Assembly: GCA_036394495.1 (NCBI GenBank)
Contig: DASWEZ010000156.1
Location: forward strand, 1-43,097
Direction of reading: 5' to 3'
Source: Burkholderiales bacterium
Lineage (GTDB): Bacteria > Pseudomonadota > Gammaproteobacteria > Burkholderiales > JACQAP01
DNA: 43,097 bases
Shown: piece after piece, positions 17,363-27,072 of the stretch
Position numbering within the stretch: position 1 is the stretch's first letter
Layout of the letters: each line of letters begins with the position of its first letter
Notes under the pieces: generated by a model
What the model saw: the letters and a program-made list of their open reading frames with translations, nothing else
Told to the model about the DNA's origin: nothing
Databases searched by the model: none
Made by a program: the position numbers and the translations under genes

Positions 17363-20300
17363 CGCGAACCGGCATATGACGGGGCAGCGCAGCGTCGGCG
17401 TCATAGCGGGCTGTGCGCTGCTGGCGGCAATTTACGCTGCTGCCGGCATCGCCGGTTTGCAGTTTCCATTCTTTCATTCCGCCGTCACCACCGTCTGGCC
17501 GCCTTCGGGCATCGCCCTGGCGGCGTTGTTGCTGTTCGGCCTGCGTCTTGCCCCCGGTATCGCGCTCGGCGCTTTCGCCGTCAATCTGTGGAATTCCGGC
17601 AGCCTCATCGGCGCACTCGGCGTCGGCGTCGGCAACACGCTTGCCGCTGCGGCGGGCGCCTGGGTGCTGACCCGCTTATTCAGCTTCGATATCCGCATGG
17701 CGAGGCTGCGCGACATCCTCGCTTTGCTGCTGTTGGGTGCCACGGCAAGTCCGCTGGTCGCGGCAACGCTGGGTCCGCTGATGCTGCTGGCGGGTGGCGT
17801 GCTCGAGCCGGCCGAGTATGCCGGCGTCTGGTTCTACTGGTGGCTCGGCGATTCGCTCGGCGTCATGCTGTTCACGCCGCTGATCCTCGCCTGGTACAGC
17901 CGTCCGACCGGGATCGCGCGTCGCGACGCACAGGCGATCGCCTTGATCATCGCCCAGGCCGTGGCCGCGCTCCTGATTTTCCACGGCCTTCTCGACGAAC
18001 CGCTCGATACCCAGCGTTCAACTTACGCGCTCCTGCCGCTGGCGGTCTGGCTGGCGGTCGCCTATCCGCTACGCTATACCGCCGCGTCGAATCTGCTTTT
18101 GTTCCTGATCGCGATCGGCGCAACCGCGGCCGGGCTCGGTCCGTTCGCGGCCGGCGACCCGAACAGCAATCCGCTGCTGCTGCACCTGTTCCTCGCCGTC
18201 GTGACGTTCACCACTTATCTGGTCGCCGGCGTCAATGCAGAACGCATCGCCGCCGCTGCCGAAGCGCGCGCGAACGCCGAGCGCTTCCGCCATTTGTCGG
18301 ACCTGTCGGCGGACTGGTACTGGGAGCAGGACGAAAACCTGCGTTTCATCAAAATCGGGGAAAGCCGCAATTTCAACCGGCAAGACATTGCGCCGCAGAT
18401 CGGCCTCACGCGCTGGGAACTTCCACACGCCGGTGTCAGCGAAGAGCAAAGGGAGGAACTCGACCGCCTGACGGCGGCGCGCAAACCGTTCCGCGACTTT
18501 GTCCTGACCCGCTTCAAGGCCGGAGCCGAACCGCGGATCGTCAGCACCAGCGGCTACCCGATCTTCGACGCCAAGGGCTCCAGCACGGAGGGCCGCTTCA
18601 GGGGCTATCGCGGCATCGGCCGCGACATTACCGAACTGAAGCAAGCCGAAACCGCCCTGCGGCAAAGCGAGGAACGTTTCCGCCGCCTGACAGACCTGTC
18701 TTCCGACTGGTACTGGGAGCAGGACGAAAACTTCCGCGTCACCTACATGTCGCCGCGCTACAGCTCCCGCACCGGATTGGCGATGAAATCGACGCTCGGA
18801 CAGACCCGCTTCGAGACCGACAACATCTGGGAATCGGAGGAACAGAAAGCCGCTCACCGCGCAACGCTGGAAGCCCACCGTCCGTTCCGCGACCTGCGCC
18901 TGGCGCGCGCCGACGAATTCGGCGAGCTGCGTTATCTGGCGATTAGCGGCGAGCCGGTATTCGACCAGGAAGGCCGCTTCACCGGTTACCACGGCGTCGG
19001 CCGCGACGTCAGCGAACAGAAACGGGCGGAACGGGCCCTGCGGGAAAGCGAAGAGCGTTTCCGCAGCCTGACCCAGTTGTCCTCGGACTGGTACTGGGAG
19101 CAGGACGCCGAGCTTAAGTTTACATTCGTTTCCAGTGCGATCGACGCCATATCCGGCATCCACCAGAGTGAGCGCCTGGGCAAACGGCGTTGGGAGATTC
19201 CCGGCCTGATATTCGACCCGGCGATGCTCGCGCAACACAAGAATACCCTCGCCGGGCGCAAACCATTCCGCGACTTCACTTACACAAGACAAATGCCGGA
19301 CGGACAATTGCGCCACATTTCCGTTGCCGGCACGCCATTGTTCGATGCCGGCGGCAAGTTCAGCGGCTACCGTGGAATCGGGCGGGAAGTCACCGCCGAA
19401 GTCATCGCCGAACAGCGCATGGGCCGGTTGCGCGACTTCTACGCGGCATTGTCGAAAGTCAACGATGCCATCATCCACTCCAGCGACGAACAACGCCTGT
19501 TCAACGAGGTGTGCAGCATAGCGGTAACTTACGGGCACGCCATCTTCGCTCGCATCTGCATGATCGACCCGCGCACCGGCATGGTGGAGAACGTGGCCAT
19601 CGCCGGGAACCACCAGGGTTATGGGGCCCGGTCCTCGATCTCCATCGACCCGGAGCGGCCGGAAGGCCAGGGACCGACCGCCATCGCGCTGCGCACGAAT
19701 ACGCCCGACGTCAGCAACGACATCGAGGCTGACTCGCGCAATCTGTTCTGGCGGCCCGCCATGATGGCGACCGGGGCGCGATCCTATGTCGTCTTTCCCC
19801 TCGCCCGCGGCGGCCGGGTCGTGGGGTCATTGCACATCTATGCGGCCGAGAAGAACTGGTTCGGCGACGACCTGGTTGCGCTGATCACCGAGCTGGCTGC
19901 CAATATTTCTTTCGCACTCGACAATTTCGCGCGTGAAGAAGAGCGCAAGAATGCCGCCCTTGCGCTGCGAGCCAGCGAACAACGCTTTCGCGACGTAGCC
20001 GACGCGGCCGGCGAGTTCGTCTGGGAGAACGACCTCGACGGTCTTTTCACCTATGTATCGCCGCGGGCCGTGGACTACACGGGTTACACCGCCGAGGAAC
20101 TGGTCGGCCATACCGCCGTCGAGTTCATGCCCCCCGGAGAAGGCGAGCGGATCCGGCAATGGCTCGCCGAGAACACCAAACCGGACCGCTCCTTCCGCAG
20201 CATGGAGCACAAGTTCATGTCGAAATCCGGAGAGATTCTGTGGATGCAGGTCAGCGCCGTTTCAATCTGGGACGAAAACGGCCAACCGCTCGGCCAACGC

Positions 20301-21704
20301 GGCACCACCCGCGACATCTCGGAACTCAAGCGCTCCGAAGAACGCATCAGCTACCTCGCCACCCGCGACCCGCTGACCGAGCTTCCCAACCGGCTGCTGT
20401 TCAATGACCGCCTCGAGCAAGGCATCCTCACCGCGCGCCGCAAGCTCGACAAGCTCGGCGTGCTGTTTCTCGACCTGGACCGCTTCAAGAACATCAACGA
20501 CTCGCTGGGCCACCACATCGGCGATCTTCTGCTCAAGGAAGTCGCCGCACGCATGGCATCCTGTATCCGCAAAGGCGACACGCTCTCCCGGCTTGGCGGC
20601 GACGAATTCGTCGTGACACTCGAGGGGCTGGCACACGCCGAGGATGCCGCGCAGGTTGCCCTGAAGATCATCACCGCATTGCGCCGGCCGCTGGCCGTCG
20701 GCGGACACACGCTCAACACTTCATGCAGCATCGGTATCAGCATCTTTCCGGACGATGCCGAGGATAGCCGCGAACTCATGAAGAATGCGGACACCGCGAT
20801 GTATCACGCCAAGGAACAGGGAAGGAATAATTTCCAGTTCTTCTCCCCGGAAATGAATCTGCGCGCTGTAGAACGCCAGCGGCTGGAAACCGAGCTGCGC
20901 CTCGCACTCGATCAGGAACAATTCGTCCTGCACTACCAGCCGCAGGCCGATATTCGCAGCGGCAAACTGGTCGGCATGGAAGCCCTCATCCGCTGGCAGC
21001 ATCCGCAACGCGGGTTGGTGCCGCCGAACAGCTTCATACCGGTCGCCGAGGAATCGGGCCTGATCGGGCCGATCGGCCAGTGGGCGTTGCGCACGGCATG
21101 CGGGCAGATCCAGCGCTGGCAGGCGGCGGGCCTGCCCATCGTCAAGATCGCCGTGAATATTTCCGCGCGCCAGTTCAATGAACCCAGGGATTTCGCCGAC
21201 GACGTGACCAGGCTGCTGAATAACATCGGCCTCGATCCGCGCTACCTCGAACTGGAAATGACCGAGAGCATGCTGCTGAAGAACATCGACGAGAACGTTG
21301 CGGTCCTCAGAAAACTGGGCGTGCTGGGCACCTCGCTCGCGGTGGACGACTTCGGGACCGGCTATTCTTCACTCGCGTATCTCAAGCAATTGCCGATTGA
21401 TACGCTGAAGATCGATCGCACCTTCGTCAGGGACATCGAGAGCGATGCGGACGATGCCGCGATCATCAGGGCCATCATCGCCATGGCTCACAGCCTGGAT
21501 CTGCGCGTTACGGCCGAGGGGGTGGAGACGCAAGGCCAGCTGGCGGCGCTGCGAAAACTTCGCTGCGACCAGTTTCAGGGTTATTTTCTTTCCCCCGCAG
21601 TTCCAGCAGACGAGTTTGCCCGCCGTTTTCTGATAACCGACCCCGTGGCTTCCAGCAGGATGGCTCCAGGGGGAAAACTCCCTGGACCGCGCCGCAAAGC
21701 ATGA
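17358..21704 (+). CDS. Membrane sensor with MASE1, 3x PAS, GAF, PAS, GGDEF and EAL domains (c-di-GMP synthase/phosphodiesterase)
   Basis: 1448 aa. MASE1-like polytopic N-terminus. Three PAS modules, each opening ERFR.L..LS.DWYWEQD. A GAF region, then another PAS. RKGD-x5-GGDEF (I-site plus active site). EAL domain (MEALIRWQHP, DDFGTGYSSL). Confidence 0.9.
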   Translation: MNANRHMTGQRSVGVIAGCALLAAIYAAAGIAGLQFPFFHSAVTTVWPPSGIALAALLLFGLRLAPGIALGAFAVNLWNSGSLIGALGVGVGNTLAAAAGAWVLTRLFSFDIRMARLRDILALLLLGATASPLVAATLGPLMLLAGGVLEPAEYAGVWFYWWLGDSLGVMLFTPLILAWYSRPTGIARRDAQAIALIIAQAVAALLIFHGLLDEPLDTQRSTYALLPLAVWLAVAYPLRYTAASNLLLFLIAIGATAAGLGPFAAGDPNSNPLLLHLFLAVVTFTTYLVAGVNAERIAAAAEARANAERFRHLSDLSADWYWEQDENLRFIKIGESRNFNRQDIAPQIGLTRWELPHAGVSEEQREELDRLTAARKPFRDFVLTRFKAGAEPRIVSTSGYPIFDAKGSSTEGRFRGYRGIGRDITELKQAETALRQSEERFRRLTDLSSDWYWEQDENFRVTYMSPRYSSRTGLAMKSTLGQTRFETDNIWESEEQKAAHRATLEAHRPFRDLRLARADEFGELRYLAISGEPVFDQEGRFTGYHGVGRDVSEQKRAERALRESEERFRSLTQLSSDWYWEQDAELKFTFVSSAIDAISGIHQSERLGKRRWEIPGLIFDPAMLAQHKNTLAGRKPFRDFTYTRQMPDGQLRHISVAGTPLFDAGGKFSGYRGIGREVTAEVIAEQRMGRLRDFYAALSKVNDAIIHSSDEQRLFNEVCSIAVTYGHAIFARICMIDPRTGMVENVAIAGNHQGYGARSSISIDPERPEGQGPTAIALRTNTPDVSNDIEADSRNLFWRPAMMATGARSYVVFPLARGGRVVGSLHIYAAEKNWFGDDLVALITELAANISFALDNFAREEERKNAALALRASEQRFRDVADAAGEFVWENDLDGLFTYVSPRAVDYTGYTAEELVGHTAVEFMPPGEGERIRQWLAENTKPDRSFRSMEHKFMSKSGEILWMQVSAVSIWDENGQPLGQRGTTRDISELKRSEERISYLATRDPLTELPNRLLFNDRLEQGILTARRKLDKLGVLFLDLDRFKNINDSLGHHIGDLLLKEVAARMASCIRKGDTLSRLGGDEFVVTLEGLAHAEDAAQVALKIITALRRPLAVGGHTLNTSCSIGISIFPDDAEDSRELMKNADTAMYHAKEQGRNNFQFFSPEMNLRAVERQRLETELRLALDQEQFVLHYQPQADIRSGKLVGMEALIRWQHPQRGLVPPNSFIPVAEESGLIGPIGQWALRTACGQIQRWQAAGLPIVKIAVNISARQFNEPRDFADDVTRLLNNIGLDPRYLELEMTESMLLKNIDENVAVLRKLGVLGTSLAVDDFGTGYSSLAYLKQLPIDTLKIDRTFVRDIESDADDAAIIRAIIAMAHSLDLRVTAEGVETQGQLAALRKLRCDQFQGYFLSPAVPADEFARRFLITDPVASSRMAPGGKLPGPRRKA

Positions 21705-21750
21705 ATAACCGCACGGGACGGCGCCGGACGCAGCGATAGCCGCAAGTATT

Positions 21751-22929
21751 TCAACGGGTCAGTTCACGCATCGCGCGCCCCAGCCCCTCGATCGTCAGCG
21801 GATACATGCGACCGCCCATCAGGTTGCGGATCATGCCGATGGAATCGTAGTAGCCCCAGCGATCTTCGGGTGTCGGGTTCAGCCAGGCCGCATGCGGATA
21901 GACGTCGAGCATGCGCTGCAACCATGCCGAACCCGCCTCTTCGTTGTTGTGCTCCACGCTGCCGCCGGGATAACCCACTTCGTAAGGACTCATGGACGCA
22001 TCGCCGACGAAGATCAGCTTGTAGTCGTGCGCGTATTTGTGCAGAACCTGAAAAGTCGGCGTGCGCTCCGAATTGCGCCGGCGGTTGTCGCGCCAGACCG
22101 ATTCGTACAGGAAGTTGTGGAAGTAGAAATACTCGAGGTGCTTGAATTCGACGCGGGCGGCCGAGAACAATTCCTCGCAGATCTTCACGTACCCTTCCAT
22201 CGAGCCGCCGACATCGAGAAACAGCAGCACCTTCACCGAGTTGTGGCGCTCGGGTACCATCTTGATGTCGAGATAGCCGGCGTTCTTCGCGGTCGAGCGG
22301 ATGGTGTCGTCAAGGTCCAGTTCGTCCGCGGCGCCCTCGCGCGCGAATTTGCGCAAGCGCTTCAGCGCGACCTTGATGTTGCGCACACCCAGTTCCACCG
22401 AATCGTCCAGGTTGCGGTACTCGCGCTTGTCCCAGACTTTGACCGCGCTGCGGTTGCGCGATCCTTCCTGGCCGATGCGCACGCCTTCCGGGTTGTAACC
22501 GTAGGCGCCGAACGGCGACGTACCGCCGGTGCCTATCCATTTGGAACCGCCCTGGTGCCGGCCCTTCTGTTCCTCGAGGCGCTTGCGCAGGGTCTGCATG
22601 AGTTTTTCCCATCCGCCCAGCGATTCGACCAGCTTCTTTTCCTCTTCGGTCAGCAGCAGTTCCGCCTGCCTGCGCAGCCACTCTTCGGGTATCTCGACGA
22701 CCATGCCGTCGGGCAGCGCCGCGATGCCCTTGAAGTAGGCGCCGAATACGCGGTCGAACTTGTCGTAATTCGATTCGTCCTTGACCAGGCAGGCGCGCGA
22801 CAGGTAGTAGAACTCGTCCAGGCTGCCGGAACTGACGTGCTTCTGCAGTGCCTCCATGAGCGTCAGGTATTCCTTCACGGATGCCGGCACCCCGCCGGCA
22901 CGCAGCTTCAGGAAAAAATCAGTCAACAA
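21751..22929 (-). CDS. VWA domain protein, CoxE-like partner of MoxR ATPases
   Basis: 392 aa. N-terminus MLTDFFLKLRAGGVPASVKEYLTLMEAL as in CoxE/VWA partners; VWA core LLFLDVGGSM (MIDAS DxGxS). The start codon is TTG 22929, with GGAGAGGG 7 nt upstream. Confidence 0.85.
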   Translation of the reverse strand: MLTDFFLKLRAGGVPASVKEYLTLMEALQKHVSSGSLDEFYYLSRACLVKDESNYDKFDRVFGAYFKGIAALPDGMVVEIPEEWLRRQAELLLTEEEKKLVESLGGWEKLMQTLRKRLEEQKGRHQGGSKWIGTGGTSPFGAYGYNPEGVRIGQEGSRNRSAVKVWDKREYRNLDDSVELGVRNIKVALKRLRKFAREGAADELDLDDTIRSTAKNAGYLDIKMVPERHNSVKVLLFLDVGGSMEGYVKICEELFSAARVEFKHLEYFYFHNFLYESVWRDNRRRNSERTPTFQVLHKYAHDYKLIFVGDASMSPYEVGYPGGSVEHNNEEAGSAWLQRMLDVYPHAAWLNPTPEDRWGYYDSIGMIRNLMGGRMYPLTIEGLGRAMRELTR

Positions 22930-22945
22930 GGCGATCCCTCTCCGG

Positions 22946-23191
22946 TTAGTCCACCAGCAGCGGACTCATTGCCGGCGCAGCTCTGTCATCGTGATTACTT
23001 CCAGCCAACGCGATTCCATCGACGGCTCGCTGCCCGGCGGCAGCCGCCTGCGCAACTCCGGCCATACGTCCCGCGAGGAACAGCTCGATGTAGTGACTCC
23101 AGATCGATTCGTAGATCAGTCCGGAAAAGCCGGAAACGGTAAAAATGCAAATCGGTGCAACCGGCACGGGAATTCTGCGCATCTGCGTCAA
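22946..23191 (-). pseudogene. Possible remnant of a spermidine-synthase-like membrane protein gene (N-terminal ~40 codons only)
   Basis: 81-aa ORF. Its segment CIFTVSGFSGLIYESIWSHYIELFL resembles, from memory, the first TM helix of fused membrane/spermidine-synthase-like proteins. The rest is low-complexity Ala/Gly with no further similarity. Weak call. Confidence 0.25.
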
Positions 23192-23267
23192 CCCCTCGTC
23201 TTTGAACTGCTATTTTCGTTCCGGGCAAGCGCCGGCGGCACGCCCGCTGCGCCGGCTCCGGCAAGCA

Positions 23268-25343
23268 TCAGCCGGCGCCGATGCGCGCGTCGTGGCCGCC
23301 CACGTCATAGGTCACGACCCGGTTGCGCCCGAGCGCCTTGGCCAGGTAGAGCGCGCGATCGCCGTTGCGCAGCAAGTCTTCGGCCGAATTTCCATGGTCC
23401 GGAAAAACCGCGATTCCCACCGACAGCGTGCAGCGGAATTTACCGCCCTCACCCGTCACGTCCATTTCCGCGAACATGTGGCGCCAGCGTTCCGCCCGCG
23501 CGCGCGCCGATTCGAGATTCATTTTTGGCAGCAGCAGCACGAATTCCTCACCGCCGTAGCGGCAGGCCACGTCGCTGCGGCGCGCCTCGTTGCGCAGGAT
23601 TTCCGCGAGCATCCTGAGGACTTCGTCGCCCGTCTGGTGGCCATGGGTGTCGTTGACGCGCTTGAAATGATCGATGTCCATCATCATCAGGGCGAGCGGC
23701 GTCTGCTCGCGGATCGCCCTGGAGATCTCGCCGGGCAGCGCGTCGTCAAGGTAGCGGCGGTTGTACATCCCCGTCAACGGATCGCGCATCACCTGCTCGC
23801 GCAATTGCGCCTGCAATTCATGGATGTCATCCAGGCGCTGCTTGAGCTTGACGTTGACTTCCTGCAACGTCGCCTGCGAGCGCAGCCTTTCGGTGACGTC
23901 CTGCGCCAGGGAAAGTACGGAATCGGGCCGGCCATCGATACCCGGCACGATCGTGTTGTGCCACTCGACATCGATGGTCCGGCCATCCCTGGTCAGATTG
24001 GAATTCACCGAACGGCTTTCGATGCCACGCTCGATGGCCTGTTCGACGATCTTGCCGACCTGCGCGCTGGCATCTTCCGGAATCATGAACGTCAGGAAGT
24101 CGCGTCCCAGCACCTCGCTTTCGCTCCAGCCGAACAATTCCTGGGCCTGCCTGTTCCACCCGGTCACGCGATGCTGCTTGTCCCAGGTCACCATGGCCAG
24201 CGGGGCGCTCTCGATCAGCGTACGGAAACGCTGTTCGCTGTTGCGCAGCTCATCCTGGATCTGGCGGCGCTCCTTTACTTCACGCGACAGCCGCAGATTC
24301 AGCCTGACCAGCACGATCACTACCACGCCCGCGACCAGCAGGACGATCGCGCCCGCAATGCCGATTCTGTACAGCGGCGTCCAATCGGTGTGCTGAACCG
24401 CCCGGAACAGGAATCCGTCCAGCGTGTACGACTCCGGCAGCATGCCGAGTTGTGCATAGGTCGCGGCGACATGATTCCAGCGGCCGGGGTTCATGTAGCC
24501 GATCTCCACCAGTTGCGGCTGCATCAGCCGGCGCATTTCCGCGGCCTCGAACAGCAGGTGGTCCCGGGTCTTGCGCCGCCCGTAGCGGGCGACTATCAGG
24601 TCGGCAATCTCACCTGGATGGTCCATCGCATACTGCCAGCCGCGCATGCTTGCGCTCAGGAAGGCTGCGACGCGCTCCGGGTGGGCGCGTGCGAGTTTTT
24701 CTGTCGTGAACAGCGAATCGCCGTAGAAATCGATGCCGCTTGCCCTTGGCGAAAACAGGTTGTACGGCACGCCGGCCTTTTTCAGCAGATAGGGCTCGTC
24801 GGTCGAATAGCCCGACGCCGCGCTTACCTTGCCCGCTAGCAGATCGTTGAGATTGAAGGAATGCGGCACCACCTCGATACGATCGAGCGGCAATTGCTCC
24901 TGCTGCAGATAGGCGACCAATTCCGTCTCGTGCGGCAGCAACATGACCTTCTTGCCGGCAAGTTCGTGCACTGTTGCAACGCTACGGCCGGTTGCGATCA
25001 ACACCAGCGGCGAATGCTGAAGGATCACCGCCAGCACGACCACCGGCCGTCCCTGTCCGCGTCGAAGCGCGAGCTCGGACGCACCGACGCCATAGTCGGC
25101 CGCACCGGTGAGCACCGCATCGATCGGGTCGCGGCCTTCCTGCACCTCCTGCACGCGCACGTTGAAGCCGGCTTCGCGATAAAACCCCCGCTCGATGGCG
25201 GCGTAGTAGCCGGCAAACTGGAACTGATGTTTCCAATTGAGCTGCAGCGTGACCTGTTGCAAGTCGGCGGCAGCATTGGCCGGCGCCGGCGGCATCGCGC
25301 CGGCGAGCACCAGGATCACGAAAAACAGGCGGGGGATCCTCAA
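23268..25343 (-). CDS. Sensor diguanylate cyclase: periplasmic NMT1/solute-binding-like domain, TM, PAS, GGDEF
   Basis: 691 aa. Signal/TM, solute-binding-like domain (LQLNWKHQFQFAGYYAA), TM helix, PAS (EQRFRTLIESAPLAMV), RRSD-x5-GGEEF. TTG start 25343, 4 nt after the MoxR stop. Confidence 0.9.
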   Translation of the reverse strand: MRIPRLFFVILVLAGAMPPAPANAAADLQQVTLQLNWKHQFQFAGYYAAIERGFYREAGFNVRVQEVQEGRDPIDAVLTGAADYGVGASELALRRGQGRPVVVLAVILQHSPLVLIATGRSVATVHELAGKKVMLLPHETELVAYLQQEQLPLDRIEVVPHSFNLNDLLAGKVSAASGYSTDEPYLLKKAGVPYNLFSPRASGIDFYGDSLFTTEKLARAHPERVAAFLSASMRGWQYAMDHPGEIADLIVARYGRRKTRDHLLFEAAEMRRLMQPQLVEIGYMNPGRWNHVAATYAQLGMLPESYTLDGFLFRAVQHTDWTPLYRIGIAGAIVLLVAGVVVIVLVRLNLRLSREVKERRQIQDELRNSEQRFRTLIESAPLAMVTWDKQHRVTGWNRQAQELFGWSESEVLGRDFLTFMIPEDASAQVGKIVEQAIERGIESRSVNSNLTRDGRTIDVEWHNTIVPGIDGRPDSVLSLAQDVTERLRSQATLQEVNVKLKQRLDDIHELQAQLREQVMRDPLTGMYNRRYLDDALPGEISRAIREQTPLALMMMDIDHFKRVNDTHGHQTGDEVLRMLAEILRNEARRSDVACRYGGEEFVLLLPKMNLESARARAERWRHMFAEMDVTGEGGKFRCTLSVGIAVFPDHGNSAEDLLRNGDRALYLAKALGRNRVVTYDVGGHDARIGAG

Positions 25344-25347
25344 GCGT

Positions 25348-26196
25348 CTAGCGATTGTGTCGCGACATGAAAGCCAGCCGCTCGAACAAGTGGACGTCCT
25401 GCTCGTTCTTCAGCAGTGCGCCGGCCAGCGGTGGAATGATCTTCGACTGGTCCTTGCCGCGCAGCGTTTCCGGGGAGATGTCCTCCGCCATGAGCAGCTT
25501 CAGCCAGTCGAGCAATTCGGAGGTGGAAGGCTTCTTCTTCAGGCCCGGGACCTCGCGGATCTCGAAAAATACCTCCAGCGCTTCGCGCAGCAGCGTTTTC
25601 TTCAGGTCCGGGAAATGCACGTCGACGATGCGCTGCATGGTTTCCTTGTCGGGAAACTTGATGTAGTGGAAAAAGCAGCGGCGCAGGAAAGCGTCCGGCA
25701 GTTCCTTCTCGTTGTTGCTGGTGATGATGATCGCCGGCCGGTGCTTTGCCTTGACCAGCTTCTGCGTCTCGTAGACGTAGAACTCCATGCGATCGAGTTC
25801 CCGCAACAGGTCGTTCGGGAACTCGATGTCGGCCTTGTCCACCTCGTCGATCAGCAGCACCGCCTGGCGGTCGGAATCGAAGGCGTCCCACAGAGGGCCA
25901 CGCACGATGTAGTTGGCGATGTCGTGAACGCGGCCGTCGCCAAGCTGCGAATCGCGCAGGCGCGACACCGCATCGTATTCGTACAGCCCCTGCTGCGCTT
26001 TTGAGGTGGATTTCACGTGCCACTGCAGCAGCGGACGATCCAGCGCCCTGGCCACTTCGACCGCGAGCATGGTCTTGCCCGTGCCCGGTTCGCCCTTGAT
26101 CAGCAGCGGCCTTTCGAGGGTGACGGCGGCGTTGACCGCCATCATCAGGTCCTCGGTGGCGACATAGGACTCGGTTCCCCTGAATTTCATCGACAT
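25348..26196 (-). CDS. MoxR-like AAA+ ATPase (AAA_5 / CbbQ-NorQ-like)
   Basis: 282 aa. Walker A GEPGTGKT, Walker B LLIDEVDKA, sensor region ITSNNEKELPDAFLRRC. Confidence 0.9.
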   Translation of the reverse strand: MSMKFRGTESYVATEDLMMAVNAAVTLERPLLIKGEPGTGKTMLAVEVARALDRPLLQWHVKSTSKAQQGLYEYDAVSRLRDSQLGDGRVHDIANYIVRGPLWDAFDSDRQAVLLIDEVDKADIEFPNDLLRELDRMEFYVYETQKLVKAKHRPAIIITSNNEKELPDAFLRRCFFHYIKFPDKETMQRIVDVHFPDLKKTLLREALEVFFEIREVPGLKKKPSTSELLDWLKLLMAEDISPETLRGKDQSKIIPPLAGALLKNEQDVHLFERLAFMSRHNR

Positions 26197-26294
26197 CTGC
26201 CTTCCGGATGGATCCAGAGACCGATTATAACGGCGCGGGCAGCTATAATCGCCCCTCCGGTCAACCTGATCTCCAAAAAATCGCGGGAGGATGC

Positions 26295-27071
26295 ATGCCC
26301 AATTTCAACGCCAACCTGTCGATGATGTTCAACGAGGTCGGCTTCCTGGAGCGCTTCGGAGCCGCGGCAAAAGCCGGTTTCCGGGGTGTCGAGTTCCTGT
26401 TCCCCTATGAATTCCCCGCCGCCCGGATCAGGGAGCAACTCGACAAGCACAAGCTGCAAATGGTGCTGTTCAACATGCCGCCCGGCGACTGGGCGGCCGG
26501 CGACCGAGGATTGGCCTGCGATCCGGCCAAGGTCGTCCCGTTCCAGGAGAACATCGGCAAGGCCATCGAATATGCAAAGGCGCTGGGTTGCAGCATGATC
26601 CACTGCATGGCGGGCCTGAAGCCACGTGGCGCAAACGAAGAAAAGATGCGCGAGACCTATATCGCCAACCTGCAGTTCGCGGGCCAGGAACTGGCGAAAC
26701 ACAACATGAAGCTGCTGATCGAAGCGATCAATACGCGCGACATCCCCGGCTTCTACCTGAACTACTCGCGCCAGGCGTTCGATATCATGCACTACGCGAA
26801 CGTGCCGAATCTCCTGTTCCAGTACGACATCTACCACATGCAGATCATGGAAGGCGACCTGGCCCCGACGGTCGAGAAGAACCTGGCGAAGATCGGCCAC
26901 ATGCAACTCGCCGACACGCCCGGCCGTCACGAGCCCGGCACCGGAGAAATCAACTATCCATTCCTGTTCGAACACTTCGACAAGATCGGCTACAAGGGCT
27001 GGATCGGCTGCGAGTACCGCCCCGCCGGCAACACCGAAGCCGGCCTCGGCTGGCTTAAACCTTATCTTTAA
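26295..27071 (+). CDS. hyi: Hydroxypyruvate isomerase
   Basis: ORF 26208..27071 trimmed to ATG 26295 (GGGAGG upstream). 258 aa, collinear with E. coli Hyi as I recall it (FNANLSMMF, GFRGVEFLFPY, DIYHMQIMEGDL, GTGEINYPFLF, GCEYRP). Confidence 0.85.
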   Translation: MPNFNANLSMMFNEVGFLERFGAAAKAGFRGVEFLFPYEFPAARIREQLDKHKLQMVLFNMPPGDWAAGDRGLACDPAKVVPFQENIGKAIEYAKALGCSMIHCMAGLKPRGANEEKMRETYIANLQFAGQELAKHNMKLLIEAINTRDIPGFYLNYSRQAFDIMHYANVPNLLFQYDIYHMQIMEGDLAPTVEKNLAKIGHMQLADTPGRHEPGTGEINYPFLFEHFDKIGYKGWIGCEYRPAGNTEAGLGWLKPYL

Positions 27072-27072
27072 G

